A DNA stretch of 64,000 nt from an uncultured Candidatus Actinomarina sp. (GCA_902555055.1 CACDQN010000004.1:11514-75513); one strand, 5' to 3'; positions 1 to 11,030 are shown, numbered from the stretch's first letter. Notes: generated by a model from the sequence alone, not told the origin. Numbers and translations are program-made.

Positions 1-86
1 GTAGGTTTATAGTATCGATAAGGGGGGAAACTGGATCATTCAAGGGAGTGTTATTAGACGTACGGTAACACTATAAATAATTTCAG

Positions 87-148
87 GAACCAGCCCAGAA
101 TCTAGCAAAAACCAAATATGAAAAGGGATTTCTGGAGCTGGTTCTTTT
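87..148 (+). terminator. Long imperfect hairpin plus T-run (terminator-like element or small structured RNA)
   Basis: gaaccagcccagaatc (87-102) pairs with gatttctggagctggttc (127-144; one bulge, one unpaired a). 24-nt loop, then tttt at 145-148. An open frame entering from the left edge closes at 66-68. Confidence 0.3.
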
Positions 149-201
149 ATGCAAATAATGTATAAAAAAAATTGACCAATTAACAAATTAGATACGAAAC
201 A

Positions 202-288
202 ATGCTACTTTTTATGTATGCAAAAATTAAACGTTGTGCAAGTGGTGGTTTACATACATATGTAGTGCCCTTCTGCAACAATTTTTAA
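202..288 (+). CDS. Candidate 28-aa small ORF MLLFMYAKIKRCASGGLHTYVVPFCNNF (two Cys)
   Basis: ATG at 202, TAA at 286-288. The stop is followed 2 nt later by a GC-rich hairpin terminator. No clear SD. Below the ORF-track size cut-off. Confidence 0.2.
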   Translation: MLLFMYAKIKRCASGGLHTYVVPFCNNF

Positions 289-290
289 TA

Positions 291-313
291 CCGGGCACAT
301 GCCCGGTTTTTTT
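291..313 (+). terminator. Rho-independent terminator
   Basis: ccgggc-acat-gcccgg perfect 6-bp GC stem (291-306) followed by ttttttt (307-313). Confidence 0.6.
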
Positions 314-410
314 ATTTTAGGAAGGAAAATAATGAAAGAACAAGAAACTAATAATAGAAAGACTAACAACATACATAAGACAAAGGCTGATCTATATGAG
401 AGTCTTTACG

Positions 411-1691
411 ATGCAGAATAGTTTTCTAGATGCTGAATTCTTAAAAAAGGATTGGAGTACAAATCCTCGATGGAAAGGTATTACTAGAAATTACAGTGCG
501 GAAGATGTGATAAGCATTAGAAACTCTGTGGAAATTAAACATACTCTTGCAGAAAATGGAGCTCAAAAACTCTTTGAGGATTTAAACAAAAAAGATGAAT
601 GGATTTCAGCACTTGGTGCTTTATCCGGTAATCAAGCTGTTCAAATGGTAAAAGCAGGTCTTAGAGCAATTTATTTAAGTGGATGGCAAGTTGCCGCAGA
701 TTCAAATCTTGGAGAGACTACTTATCCAGATCAATCACTATATCCGAGTAATAGTGCACCAACACTTGCAAAAAGAATTAATAATGCTCTTTTAAGAGCA
801 GAACAAGTAGATCGTGTGGAGGGAAATAATAGTATTGATTATCTTGTACCAATAGTGGCAGATGGTGAAGCAGGTTTTGGTGGAACACTTAATGTATTTG
901 AATTAACCAAAAAATTTATTGAAGCTGGAGCTGCAGGAGTACATTTTGAAGATCAATTAGCTGCGGAGAAAAAATGTGGACATATGGGCGGTAAAGTATT
1001 AGTGCCAACTAGTCAACACATTAGAACGTTAACCTCAGCAAGGCTTGCATCTGACACCATGGGTGTTCCAACTATAATAATTGCAAGAACAGATGCGTTG
1101 GCAGCAAACCTTGTCACGAGTGATATTGACGAGATAGACAGTGACTTTGTATTAGGAGAGAGAACTTCAGAAGGGTTCTTTAAAGTAAAAAATGGTCCAG
1201 AGTCTGCAATTAGTAGAGGACTTTCTTATGCCCCATACTCCGATCTTGTATGGTGTGAAACAGGAAAACCTGATATAGGATTTGCAAAAGAGTTTGCTGA
1301 TGCAATACATGAAAAATTTCCAGATAAATTATTAGCTTACAATTGTTCACCTTCCTTCAATTGGAAGCAATCACTTTCAGATGATGAAATAGCTACGTTC
1401 CAAGAGAAATTAAGCTCCTTTGGATATAAGTTCCAATTTATTACTTTGGCAGGATTTCATGCTCTTAATACATCTATGTTTGAACTTGCAATGAAGTACA
1501 AAGGTGGAAATATGTCTGCATATGTTGAGCTTCAACAGAAAGAGTTTGCATTAGAAAAAGATGGATTTACGTCTGTCAAACATCAGAGAGAAGTAGGTGC
1601 AGGTTATTTTGATACAATCTCTACAATCATAAGTGATGGAGATGCTTCAACACTTGCTCTTAAGGGTTCTACAGAAGAGGAACAATTTTAA
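411..1691 (+). CDS. aceA: Isocitrate lyase
   Basis: Track ORF 396-1691. The N-terminus from Met at 411 ([33 protein letters not shown]) matches the ICL N-terminal pattern. Catalytic KKCGHMGGK motif present. Followed by malate synthase. Confidence 0.95.
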   Translation: MQNSFLDAEFLKKDWSTNPRWKGITRNYSAEDVISIRNSVEIKHTLAENGAQKLFEDLNKKDEWISALGALSGNQAVQMVKAGLRAIYLSGWQVAADSNLGETTYPDQSLYPSNSAPTLAKRINNALLRAEQVDRVEGNNSIDYLVPIVADGEAGFGGTLNVFELTKKFIEAGAAGVHFEDQLAAEKKCGHMGGKVLVPTSQHIRTLTSARLASDTMGVPTIIIARTDALAANLVTSDIDEIDSDFVLGERTSEGFFKVKNGPESAISRGLSYAPYSDLVWCETGKPDIGFAKEFADAIHEKFPDKLLAYNCSPSFNWKQSLSDDEIATFQEKLSSFGYKFQFITLAGFHALNTSMFELAMKYKGGNMSAYVELQQKEFALEKDGFTSVKHQREVGAGYFDTISTIISDGDASTLALKGSTEEEQF

Positions 1692-3253
1692 TGTTTGAAA
1701 TAAATGATTCAACAAACTCAGAAAGCATCATTAACGATGACTCACTAGAATTTTTTGAAAAGTTTATTATTTCTTTCGATAAAAGACGTAAAGAGCTTTT
1801 AGAAAAAAGAAATAAAACCCAAGAGTTTATCTCTAGTGGAGGGAGATTCTCCTTTCCAGAAGACACTTCTATTAGAGATAGTGAATGGACTGTAGTTCCA
1901 CCGCCAAAGGATGTAGCCAATAGAAATGTTGAGATTACTGGTCCTGTCGATCGCAAGATGATTATTAATGCACTCAATTCTGGTGCAGATGTCTTTATGG
2001 CTGATTTTGAAGACTCAACATCACCGACTTGGGAAAATATTGTGAATGGACACGTCAATTTAATAGATGCTAATAAAAGAAAAATATCTTTCGAGAATAA
2101 AGAAAAAGGGAAATCCTATTCTCTTAATGAGGATTCCACAACTTCACTTTTCGTAAGACCAAGAGGATGGCACTTAGACGAAAAAAATGTTACTTACAAT
2201 AATGGGCCTGTCTCAGCTAGCTTGTTTGATTTTTGTATGTATATATTTCACAATGCTCAAATAAGATTAGATAATAATCTAGGGACTTATTTTTATATTC
2301 CTAAACTCGAAACAGCAGAAGAGTCTCAGCTTTGGGATGATGTATTTACACTTGCTGAAGAAGAGTTAAATTTACCAATAAGTACTATAAGAGCAACTGT
2401 TCTTCTTGAAACGATTTCTGCATCATTTGAAATGGATGAAATCTTATATAGTCTTAAAAACCACTCTTTAGGCATGAATGCTGGAAGATGGGATTATATT
2501 TTTAGCGCTATAAAGAGACACAGAGAAGTTGAAGGCGTGATATTTCCAGACCGTTCTCAGATAACTATGACCGTTCCATTTATGAAGTCTTACACTGAGT
2601 TACTAGTTCAAAGTCTTCATAAACGTGGTGCACATGCAATTGGAGGTATGTCAGCATTTATTCCTGATAGAAAAAGTCCTGACATCACCGAAGAAGCTTT
2701 TACAAAAGTAAAAAATGACAAAATTCGAGAGGCTGAAATGGGGTTTGACGGTTCTTGGGTTGCACATCCAGATCTTGTAAAAATCTGCAAAGATGTTTTT
2801 TCAGAACATCTTGGTGAAGCTGATAACCAAATTGGTTATGTTCCTGATTACAAAATCACAGATGATATGTTACAAGACTTTAATATCAAAGATGGATCAA
2901 TTACTGAAGAGGGTATTCGTACAAACGTAAAGGTTGGAATTTTATATATTCAATCTTGGCTACTCGGTCAAGGAGCTGCTGCTTTATTTAATTTAATGGA
3001 AGATGCTGCAACTGCTGAAATCTCACGTTCACAATTATGGCAATGGGTACACAACAATGCCGTCACTGATAGTGGTATTGAAATAAATATTGAATTTATA
3101 AAAAAATTAATTGACGAAGAATTAAAAGAAATTAAAAATTTAACTCCAACTGATAAAATGTTGGATGAAGCAGTTACTCTTTTTGAAGATCTAATTGTAA
3201 GTAAAGAGTTTGAAGATTTTTTAACACTTCCTGCCTATAAATTAATATTGTAA
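1691..3253 (+). CDS. aceB: Malate synthase A
   Basis: 520 aa. TAATG stop/start overlap with aceA. Motifs GPVDRKMIINALNSGADVFMADFEDS and NAGRWDYIFS are typical of malate synthase A. Confidence 0.95.
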   Translation: MFEINDSTNSESIINDDSLEFFEKFIISFDKRRKELLEKRNKTQEFISSGGRFSFPEDTSIRDSEWTVVPPPKDVANRNVEITGPVDRKMIINALNSGADVFMADFEDSTSPTWENIVNGHVNLIDANKRKISFENKEKGKSYSLNEDSTTSLFVRPRGWHLDEKNVTYNNGPVSASLFDFCMYIFHNAQIRLDNNLGTYFYIPKLETAEESQLWDDVFTLAEEELNLPISTIRATVLLETISASFEMDEILYSLKNHSLGMNAGRWDYIFSAIKRHREVEGVIFPDRSQITMTVPFMKSYTELLVQSLHKRGAHAIGGMSAFIPDRKSPDITEEAFTKVKNDKIREAEMGFDGSWVAHPDLVKICKDVFSEHLGEADNQIGYVPDYKITDDMLQDFNIKDGSITEEGIRTNVKVGILYIQSWLLGQGAAALFNLMEDAATAEISRSQLWQWVHNNAVTDSGIEINIEFIKKLIDEELKEIKNLTPTDKMLDEAVTLFEDLIVSKEFEDFLTLPAYKLIL

Positions 3254-3287
3254 AGCTAACAAGACAATATTTTTATACAATGTAATC

Positions 3288-3800
3288 ATGGAAAAAGTTA
3301 TTGCAATTGCAATACCAGCCTTATTTATAGTAGGAATTATATGGTTAATCATTGCATCAAATAAACGAATAAATAATGCCCTTTCAACTGCTTCAAAAAC
3401 TTTAGGTTTTACTTATATACCCTCTAAAAACATATTCAGAAAGAAAAGAATATTTGGTGAATTAGATGGATACAACTGTGAAGTAGAAGTCTATACAAGA
3501 AGTCACGGTAAGTCCTCAACAACATATGTCTCTTTCTTTGCTTATTTTCCAGAAAGCTTTGATATGGGCTTAAAAATTAACTGGAGAGGTGAGTTTGATG
3601 GAGATGATGAGTATCTGACAGACCTATTTATAAAACGAAATGAAGAACTTATAGAGGCATCAAAGAAAAATCTAAGAAGATTAAGAGTAGAGGATGCATT
3701 TGTAAATTCAAGAAAAGTCTTATTTAGAAAATATTACAAAGCTGACGAGATCGTAAAAACAATGAGAGACGTACTTAACTTAGCGAAAGCAATTAAGTAG
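3288..3800 (+). CDS. Hypothetical membrane-anchored protein (one N-terminal TM)
   Basis: 170-aa ORF with hydrophobic N-terminus IAIAIPALFIVGIIWLIIA. No family recognised. Confidence 0.5.
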   Translation: MEKVIAIAIPALFIVGIIWLIIASNKRINNALSTASKTLGFTYIPSKNIFRKKRIFGELDGYNCEVEVYTRSHGKSSTTYVSFFAYFPESFDMGLKINWRGEFDGDDEYLTDLFIKRNEELIEASKKNLRRLRVEDAFVNSRKVLFRKYYKADEIVKTMRDVLNLAKAIK

Positions 3801-3812
3801 CTTTTTTATCCA

Positions 3813-3947
3813 CTAATCACGAATGTCAGCCCAAAGGGAGTCTTTTTCCATTGGAGCGCGTAATAATCCAATTACCAATAATGCAAAAGTACTTATTGGG
3901 AATAAAAGAATTAAAAACAAAGGGTGCGATGTTATTATTTCTATCAT
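3813..3947 (-). CDS. Candidate 44-aa small membrane protein
   Basis: Hand translation gives MIEIITSHPLFLILLFPISTFALLVIGLLRAPMEKDSLWADIRD. One hydrophobic helix. Below the ORF-track cut-off. Confidence 0.3.
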   Translation of the reverse strand: MIEIITSHPLFLILLFPISTFALLVIGLLRAPMEKDSLWADIRD

Positions 3948-4054
3948 ATTTTTATTTTACTAAATTGAAATAGATCTTGCTAAGCACAACTATTTTTATC
4001 TTATCTAAATCTTATTGTTTGTTTTAATTCTTCTTTAAATTCAGAAAGAGATAT

Positions 4055-5386
4055 TTAAACTAATTCAAATGATTTAATGATATTTTCTAAACCCTCTTTG
4101 GCATCTGCGAACAACATTTTTGCATTGTCATTCACAAATAGTGGGTTTGCGATACCTGCATAGCCTGGTGACATAGATCTTTTTATCACGATGACTTGTT
4201 TTGCTAAGTCAACATCAAGTATCGGCATTCCATAAATTGGAGAATCTTCATCAGTTCTAGCCAATGGATTTACAACATCATTTGCTCCAAGAACAATTAC
4301 AACATCCGTTGAGGAAAACTCAGAATTTATATCTTCCAAGGTAAACATATCTTCATAGTCAATATCTACCTCAGCTAAGAGTACATTCATATGTCCAGGC
4401 ATTCTTCCAGCAACTGGGTGAATAGCAAACTTCACTTCTATGTTTTTATTTTTTAAGGTATTAGTTAATTCTTTAACAGCTGCCTGTGCTTGAGCTACTG
4501 CCATTCCATATCCTGGAACAATAACTACAGATTCCGCATAGCTTAGCTGGATTGCAACATCTTCAGGAGAAGTGATTATTGGATCTTTATCATATTCATT
4601 GTTAATAGCTGTACCCCCAAAACCACCCTTGAGAACATCTAAAAGTGTTCGATTCATTGCAGCACACATAAGGAGTGTGAGAATTATTCCAGATGCACCC
4701 ACTAAGGCACCAGCTACAATCAAAATAATACTATTTACAATGAACCCTGCTGACATAGCAGCAATTCCAGATAGTGAATTTAAGAATGCTATTACAACTG
4801 GCATATCTGCTCCACCAATTACCGCAACTCGAATTATTCCAGCAACTAATGCAACTAATATAATAAATTCAATTAAAAGGTCGTCCATTTCTAAAACTGC
4901 AGGAATTACTATGATCGTAGGTAAAAATACTGAAAATATATCTGCTAATTTTTTACTGAAGTTATTTAATTTGCCACGCAGTTTCATTACAGCCACAAGG
5001 CTTCCCGAGAAAGTAAACATTCCGATAACCATTGAAAAGATAGCTACAAATACATCAGAAATTGGTAAGGAACTACCAGAGAGCTCAACGTAGGCAATTG
5101 CACCAGAAGCTCCTCCACCAAAACCATTAAATAAACCAACTAGTTCTGGCATTTGTGTCATCTGAACTCGTTTTGATATTAAAACTCCAAGTAATCCAGA
5201 AACAACAATTGTGATGTAAAAAGCAGAATCATATTTTGAAAAACCAAAATTAAATGCACTAAATACAGCTAGTGCCATGGCCAACATTGCAAATGTATTT
5301 GCCCTATGTGCAGTTGAAGGTCTTCCAAATAACTTCAAAGCAAAGATAAATAAAACAGATGAGACAAGTAAGATTATTTCAATCAT
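4055..5386 (-). CDS. pntB: NAD(P) transhydrogenase beta subunit
   Basis: 443 aa. Polytopic N-terminal half plus a C-terminal NADP(H) domain (VPGYGMAVAQAQ, HPVAGRMPGHMNVLLAE, GANDVVNP). Confidence 0.95.
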   Translation of the reverse strand: MIEIILLVSSVLFIFALKLFGRPSTAHRANTFAMLAMALAVFSAFNFGFSKYDSAFYITIVVSGLLGVLISKRVQMTQMPELVGLFNGFGGGASGAIAYVELSGSSLPISDVFVAIFSMVIGMFTFSGSLVAVMKLRGKLNNFSKKLADIFSVFLPTIIVIPAVLEMDDLLIEFIILVALVAGIIRVAVIGGADMPVVIAFLNSLSGIAAMSAGFIVNSIILIVAGALVGASGIILTLLMCAAMNRTLLDVLKGGFGGTAINNEYDKDPIITSPEDVAIQLSYAESVVIVPGYGMAVAQAQAAVKELTNTLKNKNIEVKFAIHPVAGRMPGHMNVLLAEVDIDYEDMFTLEDINSEFSSTDVVIVLGANDVVNPLARTDEDSPIYGMPILDVDLAKQVIVIKRSMSPGYAGIANPLFVNDNAKMLFADAKEGLENIIKSFELV

Positions 5387-5666
5387 TTTTCTTAAACATT
5401 TCTAGTATTCGACCAGTCACTGAAAACCCGCCAACAATATTGAGGGTGGCAAATGCTATTGCAATTAAAACAATAATTTTAAGTAATTGCGACTCTCCTA
5501 CTTCTGGGTATATAAGAATTGCTGCAATCAATGTAATTCCAGAAATAGCATTGGAACCAGACATCAAAGGAGTGTGTAATGTCTGTGGAATTTTAGATAT
5601 AAGCTCGTATCCAATAAAGCTCGCTAAAAACGTTATCAACAATGTAAGTAAGAACGTTGCTTCCAT
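5379..5666 (-). CDS. pntAB: NAD(P) transhydrogenase alpha subunit, membrane part 2
   Basis: 95-aa 3-TM protein between the PntAA-like and PntB genes. Overlaps both neighbours. HTPLMSGSNAISG motif. Confidence 0.9.
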   Translation of the reverse strand: MEATFLLTLLITFLASFIGYELISKIPQTLHTPLMSGSNAISGITLIAAILIYPEVGESQLLKIIVLIAIAFATLNIVGGFSVTGRILEMFKKND

Positions 5667-6673
5667 TAAGAACCCATCTCCACAAAAATCTCATCGTCAC
5701 TATTGTCTATATACAGTTCGATTAAATTTCTCACATTCTCTGAGTACAGCTTTGTAGCTGCATGTTTAACAGTGTTTAAGATATCTGTTTCACCAACTAT
5801 CTTTACACCATTAATCTCAACAACCTTGTTTACCTCTGTGCCTTCACAGTTTCCACCTGTACCAGCAGATAGGTCGATAATTACAGAATTCTCTTTCATG
5901 TTTTCAACAGTTGACTTTTCAATCAAGACAGGTGCTTTCTTTCCAGGTATTTGGGCAAATGTTAAAACAATATCACTTTCAATAACTTGTTTTTTTAGGG
6001 CTTCTTGAATTTTCTGATTTTCTTCATCAGAGACTTCTTGAGCATACACACTATCTTGAGCTTCGGTACTGGCTTCTACAAATTTGGCTCCTAAGCTTTC
6101 TACTTGATCTTTTGCTTCTTTTCTAATATCAAAAGCCCACACTCTAGCACCGAGTCTTTTAGCAGTTGCGATTGCCTGAAGACCTGCAACTCCAACTCCA
6201 AGAATTAATACTTTAGAAGGTTGAATATTTCCTGCAGCAGTTGTCATCATAGGCACTACGTCTGATGTTTCTTTTGCTGCTCTCAAAACTGAAGCGTATC
6301 CAAGTAAGTTTGCTTGGGAGGAAAGTGCATCTAAATTTTGAGCTCTTGAAATTCTTGGCAGTTTAAAAAAACTAAATACTTTGATATCTGGTCTTAAATT
6401 TTTAATTTCATTTATTTTATCAAAGTCAAATATGCCAATCAGGACAGCTCCTTCTTTTAAATTTTTTACTACCTTGTCTTCTATGTTTTCAACACATGCA
6501 ACAATATCAAGTTCGTTTAATTTAGAAATAGTTTTTACATTTTTAGGTTCACTGTAATTAAGATAATCAAACAGACCTTTTTCTAAATGAATATCTGCAG
6601 TGTATTTATCAATAGATTCAGGATGTACAGGAGCCCTATATCCATCGACGTCTTTTATAAATCCAATTTTCAT
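5666..6673 (-). CDS. pntAA: NAD(P) transhydrogenase alpha subunit part 1 (alanine dehydrogenase/PNT domain)
   Basis: 335 aa. Rossmann motif VLILGVGVAGLQAIATAKRLGA. First gene of the pnt operon. Confidence 0.9.
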   Translation of the reverse strand: MKIGFIKDVDGYRAPVHPESIDKYTADIHLEKGLFDYLNYSEPKNVKTISKLNELDIVACVENIEDKVVKNLKEGAVLIGIFDFDKINEIKNLRPDIKVFSFFKLPRISRAQNLDALSSQANLLGYASVLRAAKETSDVVPMMTTAAGNIQPSKVLILGVGVAGLQAIATAKRLGARVWAFDIRKEAKDQVESLGAKFVEASTEAQDSVYAQEVSDEENQKIQEALKKQVIESDIVLTFAQIPGKKAPVLIEKSTVENMKENSVIIDLSAGTGGNCEGTEVNKVVEINGVKIVGETDILNTVKHAATKLYSENVRNLIELYIDNSDDEIFVEMGS

Positions 6674-6728
6674 ACTTCTTTAGTTTAAATATGCTGACAA
6701 CTTACTAAGAATTAAATAAAATACTTAC

Positions 6729-7763
6729 ATGAATGTTGCAGTATTTAGTGATAAGTTTTCAGGAACATTAACTGCAAAAGAAGCTCTGAGCATAATTAAA
6801 GAGGTGTTTCAATCTTCTAATATTAATGCTGAGTTTTTTAGTGTTACAGATGGTGGTGAAGGCAGTTCAAAGATATTCAAAGAATATGGTTTTAAACAAT
6901 TTGAAGAATATAAGGCCTACAATTGCGATGATATAGAGATTGAGGTTGAATCTTTAAATATCAATGGGCTTGAGTATTTTGAATCTGCTCAATTAATCGG
7001 AATTAATTCAACAAAAGATACCTTAGAAATAAATTCTGCTTCCTTAAGTGAAGTTGTACAAAGAGTAAACATTTTAGGAACAGGTGGGTCTAAAACTGTC
7101 GACTTTGGAGTTGGTCTATTAAGCAAATTAGGGATAGAGTTTTTATCAAATGGAGAAAAGATTATTAACCCGACTCCAAAAGACTTTCCTCTAATTAATA
7201 GTGTGAAAACTAAAGAGTTCGACCCTGTTATGAACTTAAAAGTACTTACTGACACAACTATTCCATTACTTGGACAAAATTCAGCATATGACGTTTTTGG
7301 ACCTCAAAAGGGTTTAAAACAGGAATTCATAAAACAACATAAAAATGAAACTGAAAGATTAATAGGACTTTTAGCAAAAGAGCTTTCTCTTGAGCTAAAC
7401 CCATACGAACAACTCTCGGGAGCAGCTGGAGGATTATCTTTCTGTTTACATCAAATATTAGGCTGTGAAATTGATAGTGGCTCTAAATATTTTATGAAAG
7501 CAACAAACCTTGCAGAAAAAGTAAATGAATACGAAATAGGAGTTTTTTGTGAAGGTAAATTTGATAAATCGTCTTTTGAGGGAAAAATAATAGGGGAGCT
7601 TTTAAAAAATTTTAATGGCAATAGTTACTTTCTAGGAGGTCAATATAAATCAGAAAGTAAAAAATTATTTACTAATATTTTTGAATGTGGAGAAGCAGGC
7701 CTCAATGACCCAAAAGGTACGCTCAAAATAGCTACTAATAATCTAATTAAAGAATTAACATAA
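6729..7763 (+). CDS. Glycerate kinase family protein
   Basis: 344 aa. N-terminal SDKFSGTLTAKEA and TDGGEGS motifs resemble the glycerate kinase pattern (DSFKGSLSA, ADGGEGT). Shorter and more divergent than typical members. Confidence 0.7.
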   Translation: MNVAVFSDKFSGTLTAKEALSIIKEVFQSSNINAEFFSVTDGGEGSSKIFKEYGFKQFEEYKAYNCDDIEIEVESLNINGLEYFESAQLIGINSTKDTLEINSASLSEVVQRVNILGTGGSKTVDFGVGLLSKLGIEFLSNGEKIINPTPKDFPLINSVKTKEFDPVMNLKVLTDTTIPLLGQNSAYDVFGPQKGLKQEFIKQHKNETERLIGLLAKELSLELNPYEQLSGAAGGLSFCLHQILGCEIDSGSKYFMKATNLAEKVNEYEIGVFCEGKFDKSSFEGKIIGELLKNFNGNSYFLGGQYKSESKKLFTNIFECGEAGLNDPKGTLKIATNNLIKELT

Positions 7764-7768
7764 TTCCC

Positions 7769-8023
7769 ATGGCAATAACTTCACCCTGTATAAATGTTTG
7801 CGTAACAGACCCGGATAGTGATTTATGTTATGGGTGTGCAAGAACAACTCCCGAAATTTCAAAATGGTCAAAATATACTGACGAAGAACAAAAACAAATT
7901 ATAGAAATAAGTAGATTAAGAATGGATGGATGGCAATTAGAAGCATTTGATAGGGCTTACAAGCAAAAAAAGGAAACCGGATTAAGTCCAATAAAGGAAC
8001 AAAAACTTCAGTCTGAGGATTAA
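7769..8023 (+). CDS. DUF1289 family small Cys-rich protein
   Basis: SPCINVCVTDPDSDLCYGCARTTPEISKWS matches the DUF1289 signature (C-x3-C ... C-x2-C-R). Confidence 0.8.
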   Translation: MAITSPCINVCVTDPDSDLCYGCARTTPEISKWSKYTDEEQKQIIEISRLRMDGWQLEAFDRAYKQKKETGLSPIKEQKLQSED

Positions 8024-8036
8024 TTTTTTCCTTCTT

Positions 8037-8070
8037 AAAACAGAAAAAGAGAGAATGAAAGGTTCTCTCT
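8037..8070 (-). terminator. Rho-independent terminator for the minus-strand tnaA-to-small-ORF operon
   Basis: On the minus strand, agagagaa-cctttca-ttctctct is followed by tttttctgtttt. It lies about 100 nt downstream of the 59-aa ORF stop. Confidence 0.5.
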
Positions 8071-8167
8071 TCTACTGCTTGAAGCCTATAGTGTTGCAAC
8101 ACTAATTCTTTAAAAAGACAGCTTCTTCATAAATAGTACAGTTATGTGTTTTAAAAGGACAAAGTTT

Positions 8168-8347
8168 TTAATTTACTTTTTTAGCTTTGCGATTTTTTAG
8201 ATAGTAAACACAGAAGGATATCCATGATATTACCAAAAGAATACTGCCTAATGGTAATAAGTGCTGTGGGTAGTATGCCCAAACACCAGTGACAAATACT
8301 AATAGCAACGTGATAGCAGTAAGTAATCGCCAATTCCAATTTTTCAT
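8168..8347 (-). CDS. Candidate 59-aa two-TM membrane protein
   Basis: Hand translation gives MKNWNWRLLTAITLLLVFVTGVWAYYPQHLLPLGSILLVISWISFCVYYLKNRKAKKVN. Starts 12 nt after the GH57 stop. One residue below the ORF-track cut-off. Confidence 0.4.
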   Translation of the reverse strand: MKNWNWRLLTAITLLLVFVTGVWAYYPQHLLPLGSILLVISWISFCVYYLKNRKAKKVN

Positions 8348-8359
8348 ATTTTAATGATA

Positions 8360-10096
8360 CTATTTTCTAATTGGCTCTTTTAAGAACTCTGGTATTGCTA
8401 TATTGAGCTCAATATATACATTTGATAATAAAGTTCTAAAAGCTTTATCAAAGTATTCATCTACACTTGAGTCCTGATCATCTCCATACCACCAAAACCA
8501 ATCAGATCCTTCGGCTAGTAATATATATTCGTATGCAGCATTTACTTGTTCAACTGAGTGATTATTAGAGTTTTTAGCTATTTCAAAATCGTCTCTTACT
8601 TTATATAAGTAATCCCATGCTAAATTTTCATCAAGCTCTCCTATCCAGGTTGCATAATTTGGTTGGAACCAAGACGCAGGGTAAAGATTTTCAATGACAT
8701 CTAGATTGTTTTGATGCATTTCTAAATATTCGGAAGGAGTAACAGTTTGAATCCATTCATATTTTGTGAGAACGTCATACATTCCATTAAGAAAATCTAT
8801 ACCGTCATTTGAATACGATTCCCAGAAATTCTCGCCATCAGCAATAATCGAAACCACTGGGGTAAATTCTAAGCCAGTTGTTTTTTCGCGAATTTGCATC
8901 ATTGTGTTTTCAAACTCAGCAACTGCAAGATCTGTTCTCTTGCTAGAGTAGTTAAACATATTATCCGAAAGATAATTATCTCTAAAAAATATTGCTACGG
9001 ATTCTCCATTATCTAGTTTGGTATTCCAAGGCCTGTAAAGTAATTCGGGTTTTGAAGATACTCCCCCAACCCAGCGTTGGAATCTAACATCTAATGATTT
9101 AGATAGCGGCTGTTCTCCTGAAGCTATCCAAGATATATTCTCATTATTAAAATATTTTAAAACATCCTGAGCAACTGCACCTTCTCCAGGCCACATACCA
9201 TTAGGAGAAAATCCAAAATTGTTTTCAAAGACCTGTTTTCCTTTTGTTACATGAACTTGTGCATCTTCAGGATATTTGTAATTGTTTTCTGGAAAAGGAG
9301 ACTGTGTATCTCCTATTTTTCCAAGATTTGAATCATGGATAAGTGGAAGTATTGGATGTGCATACGGAGTTGTTATGATTTCAATATCATTTTCTTGATA
9401 AGCTTTTAGATGTGTGGGAATTACTTTTTGAATTATATCCATATGAACTTCGAGTACAATGGCTTTATCATTTTCTGTAAAATTTGACTCTTTACGATTA
9501 ATAGAATTAAGTGGTTCTTCTAATAAATATTTAGGATCAGTCCAACCAAGATTAAATAATACTTGTAAATCTAGATAGTCTGCTTCTGTCCATTTATCAG
9601 GAAACTGTCTAAGATTCTTAAGTTCTAAGTATCTTTGAGATTTATTTATTGTTCTTGAATTTATATCAAAGAATCTATTTCTTATAAATGTTTTTTGAGC
9701 ATCATCAAGTTTTGTTGCTTCTATCTCCGTGTGTATCCAATATATATCTTTTACACCACTCTCTAGTTCTCTTAATTGATTAAGAAGTGTTGGGGTAAGG
9801 TTAAAAGTAACTCTTAATCCTTCATATTTTTGAACGAGTTCAACCATGTCTAAATAATCTTTAGTAGCATGAAGCCTTACCCAAGGTTTAGTGAAATGTC
9901 CGTCTCCATCTTTTGGATAATAAGGCTGATGCTGATGCCAAAGTAACATAACATAAACATCTGGTTCCTCTTCATTAACTATTTCATTTGAAATTAATGT
10001 TGTTGAGGTAGTAGTTATTTCGTTAACAGGTAATGAGTTTTCAGAACAAGTTATGAAAAATAAAAGAAAGATAAATAAAAATTTTTTACTAATCAT
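8360..10096 (-). CDS. Glycoside hydrolase family 57 protein with lipoprotein signal peptide
   Basis: [10 protein letters not shown] and [14 protein letters not shown] are GH57 N-terminal hallmarks. The probable start is the ATG at 10096 ([17 protein letters not shown], a lipobox-like sequence), which overlaps the upstream stop by 8 nt. Confidence 0.85.
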   Translation of the reverse strand: MISKKFLFIFLLFFITCSENSLPVNEITTTSTTLISNEIVNEEEPDVYVMLLWHQHQPYYPKDGDGHFTKPWVRLHATKDYLDMVELVQKYEGLRVTFNLTPTLLNQLRELESGVKDIYWIHTEIEATKLDDAQKTFIRNRFFDINSRTINKSQRYLELKNLRQFPDKWTEADYLDLQVLFNLGWTDPKYLLEEPLNSINRKESNFTENDKAIVLEVHMDIIQKVIPTHLKAYQENDIEIITTPYAHPILPLIHDSNLGKIGDTQSPFPENNYKYPEDAQVHVTKGKQVFENNFGFSPNGMWPGEGAVAQDVLKYFNNENISWIASGEQPLSKSLDVRFQRWVGGVSSKPELLYRPWNTKLDNGESVAIFFRDNYLSDNMFNYSSKRTDLAVAEFENTMMQIREKTTGLEFTPVVSIIADGENFWESYSNDGIDFLNGMYDVLTKYEWIQTVTPSEYLEMHQNNLDVIENLYPASWFQPNYATWIGELDENLAWDYLYKVRDDFEIAKNSNNHSVEQVNAAYEYILLAEGSDWFWWYGDDQDSSVDEYFDKAFRTLLSNVYIELNIAIPEFLKEPIRK

Positions 10097-11027
10097 CCAA
10101 TACCTCATTTAAACGCATTAATAATATATCATTTTCTTGTGCTAAAAAGTTATTAAAGTTTTTGATTACGCCAGGAATATCTGTAGAGAAATACTTTTTA
10201 ATTGTTTCTTCTACCCCAACAGTATGTAAATCTTCATAAAAATCAACAAGATACACTTCATAACCAACTTCACTAATCAAATAGACTGTAAACCATGACC
10301 CAAGATAATAAGGACGTAATGGTGAGCCATATTGAATTTCATTTAAGGGAATATTTCCTGAAAGATATTCTTCTTTTGATAATAGTTTTAACTCCATCTG
10401 TGAATTGAACTTTTCTTCCGTTTGATAGCCAAGTTGATAAAGAATTATCTCAGAAAACAGCTCTGCTCCCCCTTCAATCAGCCAAGGACCATCAACTTGC
10501 AAAGCTCCAATTGAAGAAGCATCTGCATAGTGAAACTGATAAGCGTGGAATAATTCATGAAAAGCTAACCTCTTAAATGAAATATCTTCAAAAACTGTAT
10601 CAAAAAAAACAATTATCCCCTCTTCACCATATGTATTTTCTTTTTGAGAATAAAATGCGTCACCGCCTTTCATTGCAAATATGAATGGTTCTAGTTCACT
10701 ATTACAATTTCTATAAACATCACACAAATCAATTACACTTTGCCTGTTAGCTCCAACTACATAGATATCTAATTTTTTAGAACTAAAATTCCATTTGTTT
10801 TTTGCTTGTTCGACTATTTTTGTTATTTCGGTAACAAAATTATTTTGTACGGATGTAGAAACTGTAAATTTTGTATTCATTTCTTTATAAAAATTTACAC
10901 TTACTTCTTCTGAGTACTGAATAATCTCTGTTTCTAGAACATCTTCTGAATAACTCACTTCATCTAAAGGTGAATTATTACAACTGGATAGAAAAAATGT
11001 AATAAATAAAAGAAAGAATTTAAACAA
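10089..11027 (-). CDS. Putative lipoprotein with HExxH motif (possible zinc metallopeptidase)
   Basis: Signal plus lipobox [21 protein letters not shown] within [11 protein letters not shown]. No family assignment possible by eye. Confidence 0.5.
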   Translation of the reverse strand: MFKFFLLFITFFLSSCNNSPLDEVSYSEDVLETEIIQYSEEVSVNFYKEMNTKFTVSTSVQNNFVTEITKIVEQAKNKWNFSSKKLDIYVVGANRQSVIDLCDVYRNCNSELEPFIFAMKGGDAFYSQKENTYGEEGIIVFFDTVFEDISFKRLAFHELFHAYQFHYADASSIGALQVDGPWLIEGGAELFSEIILYQLGYQTEEKFNSQMELKLLSKEEYLSGNIPLNEIQYGSPLRPYYLGSWFTVYLISEVGYEVYLVDFYEDLHTVGVEETIKKYFSTDIPGVIKNFNNFLAQENDILLMRLNEVLDD

Positions 11028-11030
11028 TTA

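Noticed and set aside
1-68. Open frame entering from the left edge and closing at 66-68. A minus-strand ATG at 38 was also noted.
   Set aside because: Only about 22 codons are visible, which is too short to assign or to decide the strand.
1669-2058. Minus-strand 129-aa ORF overlapping the aceA end and aceB start.
   Set aside because: Antisense to two confidently identified genes, with no motif of its own.
4572-5757. Plus-strand ORFs 4572-5093 (173 aa) and 5359-5757 (132 aa) over the pnt genes.
   Set aside because: They lie antisense to pntB/pntAB/pntAA, whose products have clear family motifs. The translations are low-complexity Ile/Pro/Ser-rich shadow frames typical of A+T-rich DNA.
7899-8102. 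Minus-strand 67-aa ORF overlapping the DUF1289 gene end and the terminator hairpin.
   Set aside because: It overlaps a motif-supported gene and a terminator structure, and has no family signal.
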